This document shows positions 1 to 12,460 of a DNA stretch of 64,000 nucleotides, piece after piece. The position numbers were made by a program, and so were the translations under genes. The notes under the pieces were generated by a model that had not been told where the DNA came from, did no database searches, and saw only the letters and a list, made by a program, of their open reading frames with translations. The DNA comes from Dimorphilus gyrociliatus (lineage: Eukaryota > Animalia > Annelida): assembly GCA_904063045.1 (NCBI GenBank), contig CAJFCJ010000024.1, positions 496,001 to 560,000 on the forward strand. The letters run 5' to 3'. Position 1 is the first letter of the stretch. Every line of letters starts with the position of its first letter.

Positions 1-66
1 AGTATAACTTATTACAGAATGTTTCTAGTTTTTGGAGGATTAAAAATCCTAATCTATAAAGCAGTT

Positions 67-423
67 ATGTCTGGTGATAGTGATAGTGAAGTATTCAATA
101 CTAAACAAAGACATTATTTCAAAGGTTTATCTGATAATTTTTTTCCACAAAATTCCCAAGTTAATATCCGGTAAGGAACAAATACAATAGATATTTGATT
201 TTTTTTAACAAACGTTCAATGATTATCATGATAAAGGAACCTTTCAAAAAGGCAGAGATATAAACTTTTTTTAACCGTATCCTAAGAATACTTAATTGTT
301 AATTGTTTATTTTTCATGAATTTATAGCTATTTTACTTGTATTAGGAATACTTTTATTACGCTATGGAAGTTATATCAGACAGATACTATATACATATTC
401 AAGCTAAATTTGAAAATGGCTAA
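67..423 (+). CDS. Predicted 73-aa small protein, 3 exons (67-170, 237-276, 346-423); may be the 3' part of a gene starting before the window
   Basis: Manual splicing with GT-AG introns 171-236 (66 nt, CG|GTAAGG) and 277-345 (69 nt) gives a continuous frame: MSGDSDSEVFNTKQRHYFKGLSDNFFPQNSQVNIRNLSKRQRYKLFLTEYFYYAMEVISDRYYIHIQAKFENG*. Both intron sizes match the other genes here. An acceptor-like CAG ends at 64. No homologue recognised. Confidence 0.5.
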
Positions 424-2656
424 TATATCACTTAAATTTTTATCTTATTAAGCAGTAATTATAAGTAAAATAACTATGTGGGCGTTATTTTTAGATTCCA
501 TAGAGCTTTATGTTTTGTAAGAATACAATAAAAACAGGTATATTTCTAATTTAAAGTCTTAAAATAAAATGATAAATTCCATATTATATTAAAAATATAT
601 GTAATTGATTAATTTTCTTTAATTTTCCTATATAGAATAATATTATTTGGGGTTAAAACAAGTAAAATAAAACTCACCAAAGTTCTCAGTCCTTTATATC
701 ATCACGTACGTTAAGAATATACGCTAAACTCTACCAAAGGGTGGCGCTTTCTGTAAAATTTTCAGCGGAACATTAGTTAATATCAATCGTGTGGAACAAA
801 TTTTTTCCTGTTTTTTTTTTTTAGACAGTGTAAAACAATAACGGAACAAGGGGAAGAGATGCATATAATATATCAATAAATAATATACATCCTGTATATA
901 GAATATATTATATTTTTCTTTTTCGTTCCTGCCTTTTCTGTTATATCTATGGATATGTATTTATAGTCATAGAATAAACTGCATATGTAATATAAGCCGA
1001 TTTTCAAATAAAGATCATATTCATAGAAATAGAATTACAAAAATATGCAGTTTATATAAAGTTTATTTTTATATATAAATATGTATTTATTACATTCACA
1101 GTAAAGAGAGAAAGAATAAATGGACAAGATAATTCATTATCCTCCTTCTATTTCCTTCCCTCTCTTTTCTACTTAAAGCAATGTTTCGTCCTTGAAACTA
1201 CCTTTTTTTTTCTTTTCACCAAGATAATTGACTTCTTTTAGTCAAATAATGAAAATGAATGATTCTGAAATTTTCTTTTTTCTCTTTTTCATTCTATTCA
1301 ATAGATGGCGCATTTTTTGCCGTTTTTTAAAAGTGACTGTAATTGATTCGTAATCCTTCCTATTTGACTCATTTTTTTATTGTTAATTCTACTCCGCTTA
1401 CACTTAATTATTACATCTATTTATAATATTGCATCACTAATCAATTAAATCTTTTATTCGCTTTTTTAAAAGCCTATTTTTAACATATGACGTCTAAGCG
1501 TTACTAACTAAATGAGTGCTCGGTTTTGCGCACTAAGAAAGCAAGTACGTCAGACACTAAATGTGTCATCTTTATCTCTACCCTTGAAATATGAAAAATA
1601 ATCTTGTCAGCTACTAAAGTTAATTAAAGATCTTCAATTTGTGAAATACGAAACAGGTAGATCGAGACTCGTATTGTTTATATTGCTTATATACTCAAAT
1701 TTATTTAATGCATCCTATACACGAAATAAACAATGACAGAGAGAATTATTTCTTAAAAAGAAAAAATGAAAAAAAGCTTCATTTTCTGTTTTTTTTTTCT
1801 ATGTGAATAACATTAATTTTTAAGACGAGGAAATAGGAAAGAAGATCTAAGATTTGAGAAAAAAAAACTTATTAAAGATCTACTTAGTGTTATATATTTA
1901 ATAATGATAGATATTTAAAAATACTTATAATTTTATCCTTGTTCCCATTTTACGCGTAGACTTTAGAAAATATAAATAAAAAATAAATTTGTCCGATCTG
2001 GCGGAAGAAGAGAATTATTTGCATCGATGAATCTTAATTATGTACTAAAGCATATTTTATATTCTTATTACTATTTCTATCAATTTTTCTATCTATCTCT
2101 CATTCCCTCCTACATTCTTTTTGTTCCCTCCTTTTTTTTGTCCTCCTTGTCTATATACTTTCTCTTGTCCTCTTACTCCCCTTGCCCCCACCGCCGTTCC
2201 ACTTACCAGTGCTCTTATTCTCGTTTTCTCTTTTTCTGCCATATCGTCGGTATCTGTCTGTGTGACGGTCGGTCGCCTGTTTTTCTTTCCCTCTCCCCTA
2301 CCTCCCTCCGTCTATCTGTATATATATATATATTTATTTATGTGCGTGTGTCTCTCCCTCTCTGTAAGTGTCTCTCGTCTATACCCTCAATTTTCCTTTA
2401 TGAATAATGAAACAATATAAAAGCTTAAAAATACTTATGGGATAGGTTAAACTGATTTAAACAGTAATTACCTTTAACTAGCCATTTTTATTACGTATTA
2501 TAAGTTATACGCATTCAAGCTGTCTATCAACAATTTTTATTAATTAATTACAAACATCTTTATAATTGACAAATGTGCCGAACTAAATACGTAAAGTGTA
2601 TTGTATATTGCATACAATATGCTTGTTAAACATCAAATGAGGTATTGTATATGGCT

Positions 2657-3349
2657 TTAAAAGTTGATGAGTTTGCTGTCTTTTACCACTTTTTCTTCTT
2701 CACTTTCTTCTTCTACTTCGTAAACATCCTCTTTCAAAAGTTTATTGTAGGCTATAATGAATTCAGAACGAATCGATTCGGGGTTAAGTTTTAAATCGAT
2801 TTGGTGTGTTGGGAGCATTTTCAAGGTTCCTGCTAAAAGATTCTCGTCAAAGGTTTTCCTCTCTAAAGTTTTAAGTTTATATCTTATAAAACATATTTAA
2901 CATTGATAAATGATATTAAATGACTATACGTCGTTTTTGACTCGTATCTTTCACTTAATATTTTATATACCTGTTGTTTTGTTAACGACAAATAATGAGC
3001 ATTGTACAGGTTTTTTGGCCCATAATAAAGATTTTTCTATATTAATCCAGATTTGATGTAACTCATTGTAATCGCCGTCTAGAAAATCGAAAACTATGAT
3101 AACGCCGTCTGCATTACGAAATATGCTCTTCATAAATTCTGTTTTGGGCTCTCCAACATCCCAAAGTTCAATATCACATTTCCTTTTTCCGACTCTCAAA
3201 AGGACGTCTTTTGCATCGAATTCGATTATTCGAACGCCCTTCGTAGGTTTAAGACCTCGTTTATGTATTGAATAGGGTTCTATGGCGGCAATATAATTCG
3301 CTATTGTCGATTTTCCCGAATTTCTAGGACCAAAGAGAACAATCTTCAT
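2657..3349 (-). CDS. IFT22: Intraflagellar transport protein 22 (RABL5), atypical small GTPase, 183 aa, 2 exons (3349-2971, 2829-2657)
   Basis: P-loop GPRNSGKSTIANYI; PTKGVRIIEFD; IELWDVG; DGVIIVFD. A phase-1 intron (2970-2830) adds exon 2 with NPESIRSEF, as in the IFT22 C-terminus. The acceptor is tandem TAGCAG (NAGNAG). Length matches the family (~185 aa). Confidence 0.9.
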
Positions 3350-3519
3350 GACTATTTTCGAATAGAATAAATTACGTAATCAATATATTCAATTTTTTCA
3401 TATTTTTGAATGTTAATAAGGATAAAGGAGGAATAATGATATATATAAATATTTTTGATTTTTCCTTTTTTTTCTCTGTCTGTCCGACTGTCTATTGGTC
3501 TGTCCTTTTTATTTTGCTA

Positions 3520-3616
3520 TCTCTCTCTCTCTCTCTCTCTCTGTCTGTCTGTCTGCCTCTCTGTCTCTCTGTCTCTCGGTCTCTCTCTCTCTCTCTCATG
3601 TCTGTCTGTCTGTCTG
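3520..3616. repeat. Compound (TC)n/(TGTC)n microsatellite
   Basis: Directly visible; explains the three overlapping L/S/V-rich spurious ORFs at 3406-3737. Confidence 0.95.
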
Positions 3617-6286
3617 TATGCCTGTTTCTCTTTTTTCTTATATTGTGATGTCTATAAAAAAAGCCTTACTAAAACATAATCAAATATTTACTAGTTTCTT
3701 TCTTTTAATTCTTTTTATCGCCTACTTTATACAATAGTAGAATTTGTTGTTTTTTTTTATAATCTTAAGTCCTATTATATCTCTTTGCTTATTTTTACGT
3801 TATTATTAAATTATTGATAGTTTCACATTATGTGTTATACATTTATTCATTGTTTTAAAAACGACATAATAAAACTGTCAAGTAATTTAGGAGAGTCATT
3901 AGTCATGGCTAATTAATATTGTTATCCCTTCTCGGAACGTTTAATCTGAATATTTAGTATAATTGAAATCTTTCCATTAAGCGTTTAGAACTCTACAAAA
4001 AAAGGGTCAGATTAGCTTTACTTCCGTCAAAGAAAGAAAGTACCACTTTCTTAAAGATTGTTTATTGTGTCCTAATTTGAAATTTTGACAATATTATTGT
4101 TGAAATGTAAGAATGGATCTATGAATTGAACGTATAGCATTGTAAGGTTATATAAGTATATACTAATGTCATATCATATATCATTTTTTCCGAGTGAATA
4201 TATAACGATGTCGCAAATTCAATTTAAAATGAAAATTAATACTGTTAATACTTTAATTAACATTCTTATAAGCCATCTCTCGTTATTTTTTTATCATATA
4301 TTACTGGTTCTTTAAAAAACTAAGGCTATCAAATAAGAGCGCCATCTTCATTCTAACTATGATTTTAATATTTATATTTAGATAATTGTTAGACGAGCTT
4401 CTTTAAATAGTTTTTTCTTTGTAAAAAATATTATTGTAAGCAAAAATTTGTTCCTAATTAACATTTGGTACAAATTCTAAATAGCGATTCACGTAAGAGT
4501 TTCCATTCTGTAATCGAGCCAAAAAAATAATAATATAGAAATTCCTTCTTTTTATCAATTCGTAAAAGTATTTCAGTGATAATATGGAAATGATGGGAAG
4601 TAGACTCAGATAAGCTATAAAATTTAATTTATTATTAATTGCTAATGACTAATCTATTAATTCATCCATATTTTCTTCTACATGAAAGCAATATGTAAAC
4701 AAGTTGATTGAAAAAAAAGAAAACAATACTTGTAAATAGTATAGAAATAAATGAACTTTTATTGAAATGAAGGTTAAAACTGACAAAATCTCCACGTTTA
4801 TCTTCGATTTTTGGAATTAGTTTCTAATCGACTTTGTTCCTTATTATCGTACGTTATTGTTCAATACATATGAAGGTTAGAGCTATTTCAAAGACTTTTA
4901 TCACATTTTGATTAATATAAAGATATTAAATTATGATAATTCAACAATGAGAACATTTGTTTTTAAAGCAAAAGTTTTATACTTTTCTTTTTTTTATACG
5001 AAAAGTTATTGTTAATATTTTAATTTATTTGTTTAGTACTATTTGAAAGTCTGTCATACAATACCTATAGTTTTACGTTTATAGTTATATTTTATTCAGA
5101 CTTTGGATCTTGGACCAAAGAGTACTTTTAGGTCACCCGACCCTTGTTATCATACAATAAAACATGGTCTAGATTTCCATTTTAAAGATGGGAATGAAAA
5201 ACTAGGTCTATTTTTTTAAAAATAGTGGTATATACAGTATAAACTTATAAATGTTAAATAAGGGAGCGTCAGATCATACGAAAGTCGTCTAGTATCTTTC
5301 CATAAGCAAGTTGAAAACATTATTAACTAATTTCGTAATTATTCTATTAAAATTCATGACCATAAACCTCTTTTTTCTCATTTGTACAACATTTCTAAAA
5401 GAATTTGAGCAAAAGTGATTTCTGTACTTTTTAAAATCTGTCATAAGTGATTATCGAGTGAAACATTATAGAAGCATGAGAGGTACTACTTTTTTGGTAA
5501 ATTAAGCAGTGTATACGAGAAAGTCTTTCGTAAGATGTAATAATGAATATAGACAATACAATGTATAGAATAAGTTGACAGCGAGAGGAAAAAAAAAGTT
5601 AAAAAAAGAAAAAACAATTTATCTATCTATGTAAATGTTGTTGTTTAGTAGATTCGAAATCGTCAGATTATCGGACCATACAATAGTTCAGAAATCAGTT
5701 CAGAAGGGAATGAAAATGAGGTCATTCTGAAAAAACAGATACAAAAATCTACTCGAACTTTTAATGAACTTTTTTACATTTAGAATGTGAAATTTCAATC
5801 TTTTACTTGTAGAGTAATATAGACAATATATATATATATTAGGCGACAGATATGAGTAATATGTACTTATCAATCAGCTGTTCGTTGTACTAAAGAGCTC
5901 ACTTTGTAAATAGCAGATATATTCGATAATTCCAGTGATCAATAGAATAAATACGGTATATACTGTATAAATAAATTTATATAAATAAATAGTATAAAAC
6001 TCTAAATATATTGTTTTTTCTAAAAAAAGCATATAATATGTTGTATTAAATATGTTGTTTTGAACAATTGAGTAGTAATATATTGTATACAATTTGAAAA
6101 AAGTTTTTCACAGAAATTTGAAAGCATCACAATAAGATTCACTATCATTTTCGTCTTTTGTTACAATCCTCCGTTACATTTCGTTCATCTTCTTTGTACA
6201 TACAAATTTTTTGTTACAGATAAATAATAGTTAATTTATCAGATTCAAAACAATAATAGAAAAATAAATAAATTAAGAGATACAAC

Positions 6287-7756
6287 TCATTTTCTTGAGG
6301 CAAAATTCAATTGAAAAGGTTTAGGTTTTTGAACAAGGCCAAATATTGGTGTAGAATTGATTTCTGATACCTGATTTACGTTCAACTTCTGTAAGATGTT
6401 GACCACGTATAAAAATAACTCAGTTTTGCCTAATTTTTCACCCACACAACGCCTTCGACCAATCCCACATGGAATAAATCTATTAAGAACATCCGCATTT
6501 AAATTGCCATTATCAATAAATCGATTTGGGTTGAAAACTTCCGGTTCCGGAAAAACTTTAATGTCTCTTGTCATCGAAAATAAATTTACCAAGACAAACG
6601 TATCTTTTGGTATTCTATAGCCTTGTAGTGTTGTATCTCTTACAGTTGAATGAGGTAGAGCAAAAGGTACAACACAAGCATGACGAAGAACTTCGTATAT
6701 GAATGACATAGTTTTCGGCATCGAAGGTTGATCCAATGGGGTTACTGGTCTTCCCTCTAATACTTGATCAATTTCGTCTTGAACCAATTTTTGGAAATTA
6801 GGATATTTAGCCATGTATTGGAGACACCAATTTATAGAAATGTACGTAATATCAAGTCCAGCCCCAATAAAATCTTGAACTGTGTGAAGAATTCTATCTC
6901 TTTCTAAAGGTGATCTACCCTCGTCAATACCAATTTTGATTAAAGCGTCCATAGCATCTTCAATTTTATCTCTATTGTATTCAGCCAAATGTTTTTCTTC
7001 GCTTATTTTTGTCATATCCATCATTTTATCGCATGTTTCTTTTAATTCTCTTTCTCTCTTCTTGAAAATTGTTCTTGCCAAGGGAATAAAATTCAGAAAG
7101 TTACCAGTATTATGTAATTCTAAGACTTTAAGAACTGCATTGATCATTTTATGAAAGTGGTCCAGATTTTTTTTATAATTGCCATAGCATAAGGTATATT
7201 TAACCTTGGCCATTGACCATAGTACCTGTTCTCGTGGGTCCAATGTATTATCAGTAAACATTTCAGCCAAATTTCTAGCCTCTTCAGAGGCCAAATTCAA
7301 AGTGGATTCCATCACTGTTTTCAAAGATTTTTCAGCCAACCGTCTATGCAATTTCCAAAACCTTCTATTGCAGCCAGTAAAAGACATAGACTTTCCTTCC
7401 GAAGCGTACTCGAAAGAGAAAAGGTCAGGTCTTCCAGAAAAGTCTTCAGACTTGTCAACCAAGGCGTCATGTATCGTTTGATACTCATTCAATACTAATG
7501 TTGGAATAGAACCGAATTTCAAATAGAATGCATTACCATAAGTTTTTGCCATATTGTACAGAGTCTTATGTGGACTGTTAATAGACAACCACGGCAGGGA
7601 GCCAACAACCGGAAAGTTCCATGGTCCAGGAGGTAGTGGAGTCTTCTTAACAATGCTGTTGACAATACAGAGTAGAGCTGTTATAATAACCAAATAAACT
7701 GTACTGGATCCAACCATTTCTCCAACGTTCATATCAAAGAGTGAGTATGCTTCCAT
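6287..7756 (-). CDS. Cytochrome P450, clan 2, CYP1-like; intronless, ~489 aa from MEAYS (ATG 7756)
   Basis: N-terminal TM anchor; LPPGPWNFPVVGSLP; WKLHRR (C-helix); GAGLDIT (I-helix); EVLRH (ExxR) followed by VPFALPHST, typical of CYP1; FNPNRF (PERF); PCGIGRRRCVG heme motif. The ORF-track start at 7930 is a non-ATG extension. Confidence 0.92.
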   Translation of the reverse strand: MEAYSLFDMNVGEMVGSSTVYLVIITALLCIVNSIVKKTPLPPGPWNFPVVGSLPWLSINSPHKTLYNMAKTYGNAFYLKFGSIPTLVLNEYQTIHDALVDKSEDFSGRPDLFSFEYASEGKSMSFTGCNRRFWKLHRRLAEKSLKTVMESTLNLASEEARNLAEMFTDNTLDPREQVLWSMAKVKYTLCYGNYKKNLDHFHKMINAVLKVLELHNTGNFLNFIPLARTIFKKRERELKETCDKMMDMTKISEEKHLAEYNRDKIEDAMDALIKIGIDEGRSPLERDRILHTVQDFIGAGLDITYISINWCLQYMAKYPNFQKLVQDEIDQVLEGRPVTPLDQPSMPKTMSFIYEVLRHACVVPFALPHSTVRDTTLQGYRIPKDTFVLVNLFSMTRDIKVFPEPEVFNPNRFIDNGNLNADVLNRFIPCGIGRRRCVGEKLGKTELFLYVVNILQKLNVNQVSEINSTPIFGLVQKPKPFQLNFASRK

Positions 7757-9888
7757 ATTGTCTTTAGCAAGCTTCGGCTGATTGCAAATTTCAATGTATA
7801 AATGAGAATTTTTAAGTGTATATATATATGATATTAACCAATCAGCAGCTTGAAGAGATTTTATAGGCCGATTTACTGCTATTTTATATAGAAACGAAGT
7901 GGATGATGAAATATTTACAATTGATATCACTGGTCAGGCACGTGAAACGGTTCTGGGGTTAAATGTGAAAAAAAAGTTAGATTAAAAATAAGACAAATCC
8001 TTGATACACTTTCTTCCAAGTAGACAGAGTATATCTCATGGTTACTTTTATGCTCATTATTCGATAACCCTTATCTAATCTCTATTAAAAAAAGATATCT
8101 AATAGATTTCTTATATAAAAGTTAAAACAATGGAAATTATTGATATTCTTTTCTTTTTGGATTTAAATAAAAAAAGAAAAAAAATTTCCAAATATTTTAA
8201 TAAGAAATTTCCGTTCCAAAGATTAAAAAAAGAGAAGATAAGAAATAGATAAAAAAATAACACAGAAAATGGGAATTTTTTTGTTTTTTGTATTAACTTG
8301 AATACTTATTCCTTTTTTAATGTAAAAGTGCATTTTTTTTTATTATTATTTTGAAAATTCCCTCTTAATTAATTAGTAATTAATTAATTAATTAATTATT
8401 AAATTAATAATAATAATAAATGGAAATATTAATAGTTAAAAAAAGTAGAGTTCAGCGAGTTTAGGAGAAAAGTGGGACTCTATTTTAACAGATTTTTTAG
8501 CTGACGCAATAGTTGAGAGTATTTCCTAAGCTCTTTTTAATGGTATCCTCCAAAACCCGGCTGCCTGTTTTATTTATCGATTAATGAAACGAATAAAGTA
8601 TGCACTCGTGTCTCTTTACAAATGAATAAGCATCGATATATTTTCTTTAAAATTAAAATACACTAAAACTGAGGGAATTTTGTTGATTTGAAATTTCATT
8701 TCTCCTTAAATTCAGGCCTATAGCTTTCAATCTTCTATTCCAACTTTTCACTATGAAGTATTAAATATATTGAAAAATTATGAATAATCTATACTAAGTT
8801 CGATTATTGTAAATTTCTTTAACAGTAATTTTCTTCGCTTTTTCAACTTTTCTGTTATTATGTTTTTTTTTTAAAAAAAATTAAAATGTAAGGTTTAAAG
8901 CTCACAGCGGTATTGTTACATATTTTCTATAAGCGGAGCAAAAGTATGAAGGTCTTCGAATGAAGAGCATTGTACTCTATTTCTTTTTTTTTTCCACATA
9001 CAATACAGTTGTCCAAAGACATGTTGTAATTAAATAGGCTGAGATTACTTAACAGTAAAATAAGGACTATCATCTGTTAAGCATGTAATATATATTTTTA
9101 ATGTCTTAATTAGATTTACATTTTTAATGATATTAATTTAGAAACAAAGATAAATAACATAATATTGTATATATGTATTATCCAGTAAATGTACTGTACA
9201 TAGTATACATTCATAAAGAACATGAACTAATTAAAGAATAATTCAAAAGTATTCTTTGCTGCTCTACTTGAAAACAATTTGAAGATATTTATATATTTTA
9301 TATAGATTTGTGTATTTCATGTTTAGTTGTTAGGTTGTTTTTTAGTTTTTAGAAGGCTATATCACTTTGTCACGATGATTCGGAAAAACTTTCAAGTATT
9401 AAGCAAACAGAATCTATTTTGTTATTCATTTCTATTTATATACAGAGAAAGAATAATATGCTTTTTCGTAATTAAATTTTAAAAAGAGAGAAATGTAAAA
9501 TTTTCTTATCTTTAGAAAGGTTGGATATTTTCCATTAGATTTATCAATTAAATCTTTCTGATTAAATGATAACCATATTTATGATATATAACTTACACTA
9601 CTTATGTTTGACTTGAATAAGAAAACATCATGTGATTTAGCGATGTGAGCTTATGTTGAATAATAGTCGAACGAGTTATAACCAGTTTTAATTTTTTTCT
9701 ATCTCCTCCAACTTCCTGTTGCGTTTGTATGAATCATAGAACAGTATTCTTAATCAAATACTTATTCCGCTCTATTTTTAAAGATAGTAATAAAACTTAA
9801 CATATTTTAATAGAAGAAGAAATGTATTTATTATAAATAATTTTCATTTTTTGTTTATATTCTTTAATGCCTTTTATAAATCTGCATC

Positions 9889-9891
<3 letters not shown>

Positions 9892-9944
<53 letters not shown>
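9892..9944. repeat. (TC)n(TA)n compound microsatellite
   Basis: Directly visible. Confidence 0.95.
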
Positions 9945-10284
9945 CCCTGTCTTCCTTCAACCTCTTTAAACGTTGAATTTGCCTTGAAAAACTGAATTGT
10001 TTATTAGTTGAAAGGTAGAGTATTCTGTTTTTCCCCGGCTCTTTTTTTTCTTTTTTCTTCAACGTTACCTTATTAACCTTAGTTGGGAAAAAAATTGGAC
10101 ATTAATTATTTTTCTGCTTAATTGTATCTTTTTTTTATCGGAATGTATAATTCTATGCTTTTATCCCTAATGGCTAATTTGATAAAAATAAATACATTGA
10201 ATTCTTGTTAAAATAGTTGAAAATGATGAATAAACAAGGAAAATTTGTTTCGTATTTGGAATATATAAGAGATATTTGGTATAT

Positions 10285-10433
10285 CCCCAAGATGACGCTC
10301 CTGACAGTAAAATGAAAACAAGAAAATATAATACGTAATTAGATGTCCACTAGGCGTCGCCTGAGCCAACTAGAGAGAGAAAGAGAGAGAGAGAGTGAGC
10401 GAGAGAGAGAGCGAGAGAGAGAGTGAGGGAGAA
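10285..10433 (+). promoter_or_regulatory. Putative promoter of the ASB gene: two CTCF-like motifs followed by a (GA)n tract
   Basis: CCCCAAGATGACGCT (10285-10299) and TGTCCACTAGGCGTCGCC (10344-10361) resemble the CTCF core CCACYAGRKGGCGC. A GA repeat follows at 10372-10433, ~100 nt before the ATG. Confidence 0.5.
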
Positions 10434-10538
10434 TCGATTGGTGCGGCAGAAAAAAAGTGCAGTATGTACAACAGCTACAACCAACAAAATGAAAAATCGG
10501 CTAGTGGGAATGAAGAAACGTGAGAAGAGGTTGGATTA

Positions 10539-12365
10539 ATGGATGATAGATCTAGCGGCGTCTACCCATTCTGCTACGTCAGCGAAACGGTAGCAAATTT
10601 GGCTAGGAGGGCGTTCGAACTATTGCAAAAAGAAGACCTGGATGCGCAGGATTTCGACGAACTGTCTCGAATAATCAGCGAGGACAAGGGCCGCGACGTA
10701 TTAAGCGTCGTCGATTGGCAGGGCTGTAGCCTACTACAAACCGCCCTATTGAAGGGTCATATCAATGCTGTGAGGTTATTATTGAGGAAGGGAGCTGATC
10801 CTAATGCGTGCATCTGCTCACCCCCTCTACACCTGGCATGTAGACTGGGATTGATTGAAGCCTGTCAGTTATTAGTTGAAAAAGGATCTAGGCCCGAACT
10901 AGCAGCAACAGTGTGTCTGGAAGGACATAAATTGAACACCTACCCGGACAGGATCGTCTGCCTTGCCTACAGGCCAATCCTCACGGCTGCTGGTCATGCT
11001 ATAGCGGCCGACAACGATGATGTCCTCCAAGTCCTCCTGAATAATTCGTCTATAAGGACGGACGGACTTTTACATGATGCTTGTCGCTTTGGAGCAAAAA
11101 ATTGTGTAAAATTACTACTTCAGCACCTAAAGGAACAAGTATCCGCAGAGGATTCCCATGGTAGAACTCCTCTTCAGGTCGCCTTACTTTCAACTCATAC
11201 GGATAACGCAGCTGAATTGGTTCAAGCAGGAGCTAAATTAGCTACGTCCTCTCTGCATGCAGTCTATGCGAATACGACCACTCCGGGAATACTCAGGGCT
11301 ACACATTTTGCTCTGGAGAACGGAGCTAGAATTCATATTAATTCTAGTGACAGACATGGTGATACTGCCCTTCACATCCTTCTGAAGAATGTAGGCAGAC
11401 AAGAATCCTTGACAAATCAAACAACCGTTGATAAGGAACGTTTAGATTGTATAGACGTCCTATTAAGATCAGGAGCTAACCCACACAAGGTGAACAAATT
11501 GGGTGAGGGAGCCCTTCATGCTGCCCTCGTAGATCATGGGAATAGGCCACTTTACGTCTCAAAACATGGTTGTATTAGGAAGCTACGCCAGGCTCTTACA
11601 ACGATAGTCGATGGTATAAAGGTCCTCTTGAGGGGTGGAGCAAAACTGAAGCATCCGCAGTACTCGGTTACGCCCTTCGAATACGCCCTTAGGTTCATAC
11701 GAGCTTTACAGCCTGATATGATCGTACTAATAAGGGGAACGGTTCATGAACTATTACTATTACTATCGCAGTCGGCCGAGGACCTTAGTCCGCTACTCGC
11801 TTCCCTAAGGCAGTGGGCACCTTCAACACTTTCGGGTATATGTTGGCACCTTGTTCCCTTTTTATCTGGTATCACCATAGCAATGATAGGGAATGGTAAG
11901 ATTATTAAGGAATCGAAATTACAGTTGTATAAGGACGCACTATTATTCTTGCACGGAACACCGGCAACGCCGAAAATGCACGATATCAGTAGAATGTTAC
12001 TACTGAGATATTGCCAAAGGGGACTGGGCCCAGATGACATCGATTGGGCAAATCGCGGTAAGGAATGGCCGGCATCTATTCTTGCATTGGCCCTCTCTAA
12101 CGTTTCCGCCCAAAATTCGACGAGAGATGTCTTCCAATTGCTCTGCAACGTCCTGGATAATCGCCAATTAAACGAGCTATCTGAAGCTCTAGCTATACTA
12201 ACGAATCATTCGGTGGAATTGCAGAAGGTTAGATCTTTAAAGGTTCTCTCTCGGCGGAGGATTGCGGCTAGCGTTAGATGGAAATTAATGGATGATAAGA
12301 ATACCTTAAAATTGCCATTACCGAAACCGCTGCTCACTTATGTTACAAATATGCAAGTGGCTTAG
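10539..12365 (+). CDS. Ankyrin repeat and SOCS box protein (ASB-like), intronless, 608 aa
   Basis: Multiple ankyrin repeats (GCSLLQTA, SPPLHLAC, GRTPLQVA, GDTALHIL, GEGALHAA). C-terminal SOCS box: BC-box SLKVLSRRRI and Cul5-box LPLPKPLLTYV. Confidence 0.87.
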   Translation: MDDRSSGVYPFCYVSETVANLARRAFELLQKEDLDAQDFDELSRIISEDKGRDVLSVVDWQGCSLLQTALLKGHINAVRLLLRKGADPNACICSPPLHLACRLGLIEACQLLVEKGSRPELAATVCLEGHKLNTYPDRIVCLAYRPILTAAGHAIAADNDDVLQVLLNNSSIRTDGLLHDACRFGAKNCVKLLLQHLKEQVSAEDSHGRTPLQVALLSTHTDNAAELVQAGAKLATSSLHAVYANTTTPGILRATHFALENGARIHINSSDRHGDTALHILLKNVGRQESLTNQTTVDKERLDCIDVLLRSGANPHKVNKLGEGALHAALVDHGNRPLYVSKHGCIRKLRQALTTIVDGIKVLLRGGAKLKHPQYSVTPFEYALRFIRALQPDMIVLIRGTVHELLLLLSQSAEDLSPLLASLRQWAPSTLSGICWHLVPFLSGITIAMIGNGKIIKESKLQLYKDALLFLHGTPATPKMHDISRMLLLRYCQRGLGPDDIDWANRGKEWPASILALALSNVSAQNSTRDVFQLLCNVLDNRQLNELSEALAILTNHSVELQKVRSLKVLSRRRIAASVRWKLMDDKNTLKLPLPKPLLTYVTNMQVA

Positions 12366-12433
12366 GATTCTTGCAAAAATAAAAAAAAAACACATTAAAT
12401 ATCGTTAAATATGACAAAATTATTTAATTATTA

Positions 12434-12460
12434 ATATATATATATATATATATATATATA
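12434..12460. repeat. (AT)n microsatellite
   Basis: Directly visible. Confidence 0.95.

Noticed and set aside
2027-2420. Two overlapping plus-strand ORFs (126 and 99 aa)
   Set aside because: Products of a CT-rich low-complexity tract (F/L/S/Y-rich); no domain.
3406-3737. Three overlapping ORFs
   Set aside because: Translations of the (TC)/(TGTC) microsatellite.
5652-5783. 43-codon open frame after an acceptor (IRNRQIIGPYNSSEISSEG...)
   Set aside because: I could not build a compatible upstream exon chain or start codon.
6396-7481. Plus-strand ORFs inside the P450; likewise 11238-12148, 24540-24791, 26000-26197, 30146-30337 and 40780-40998 inside other genes
   Set aside because: Antisense shadows of real coding exons.
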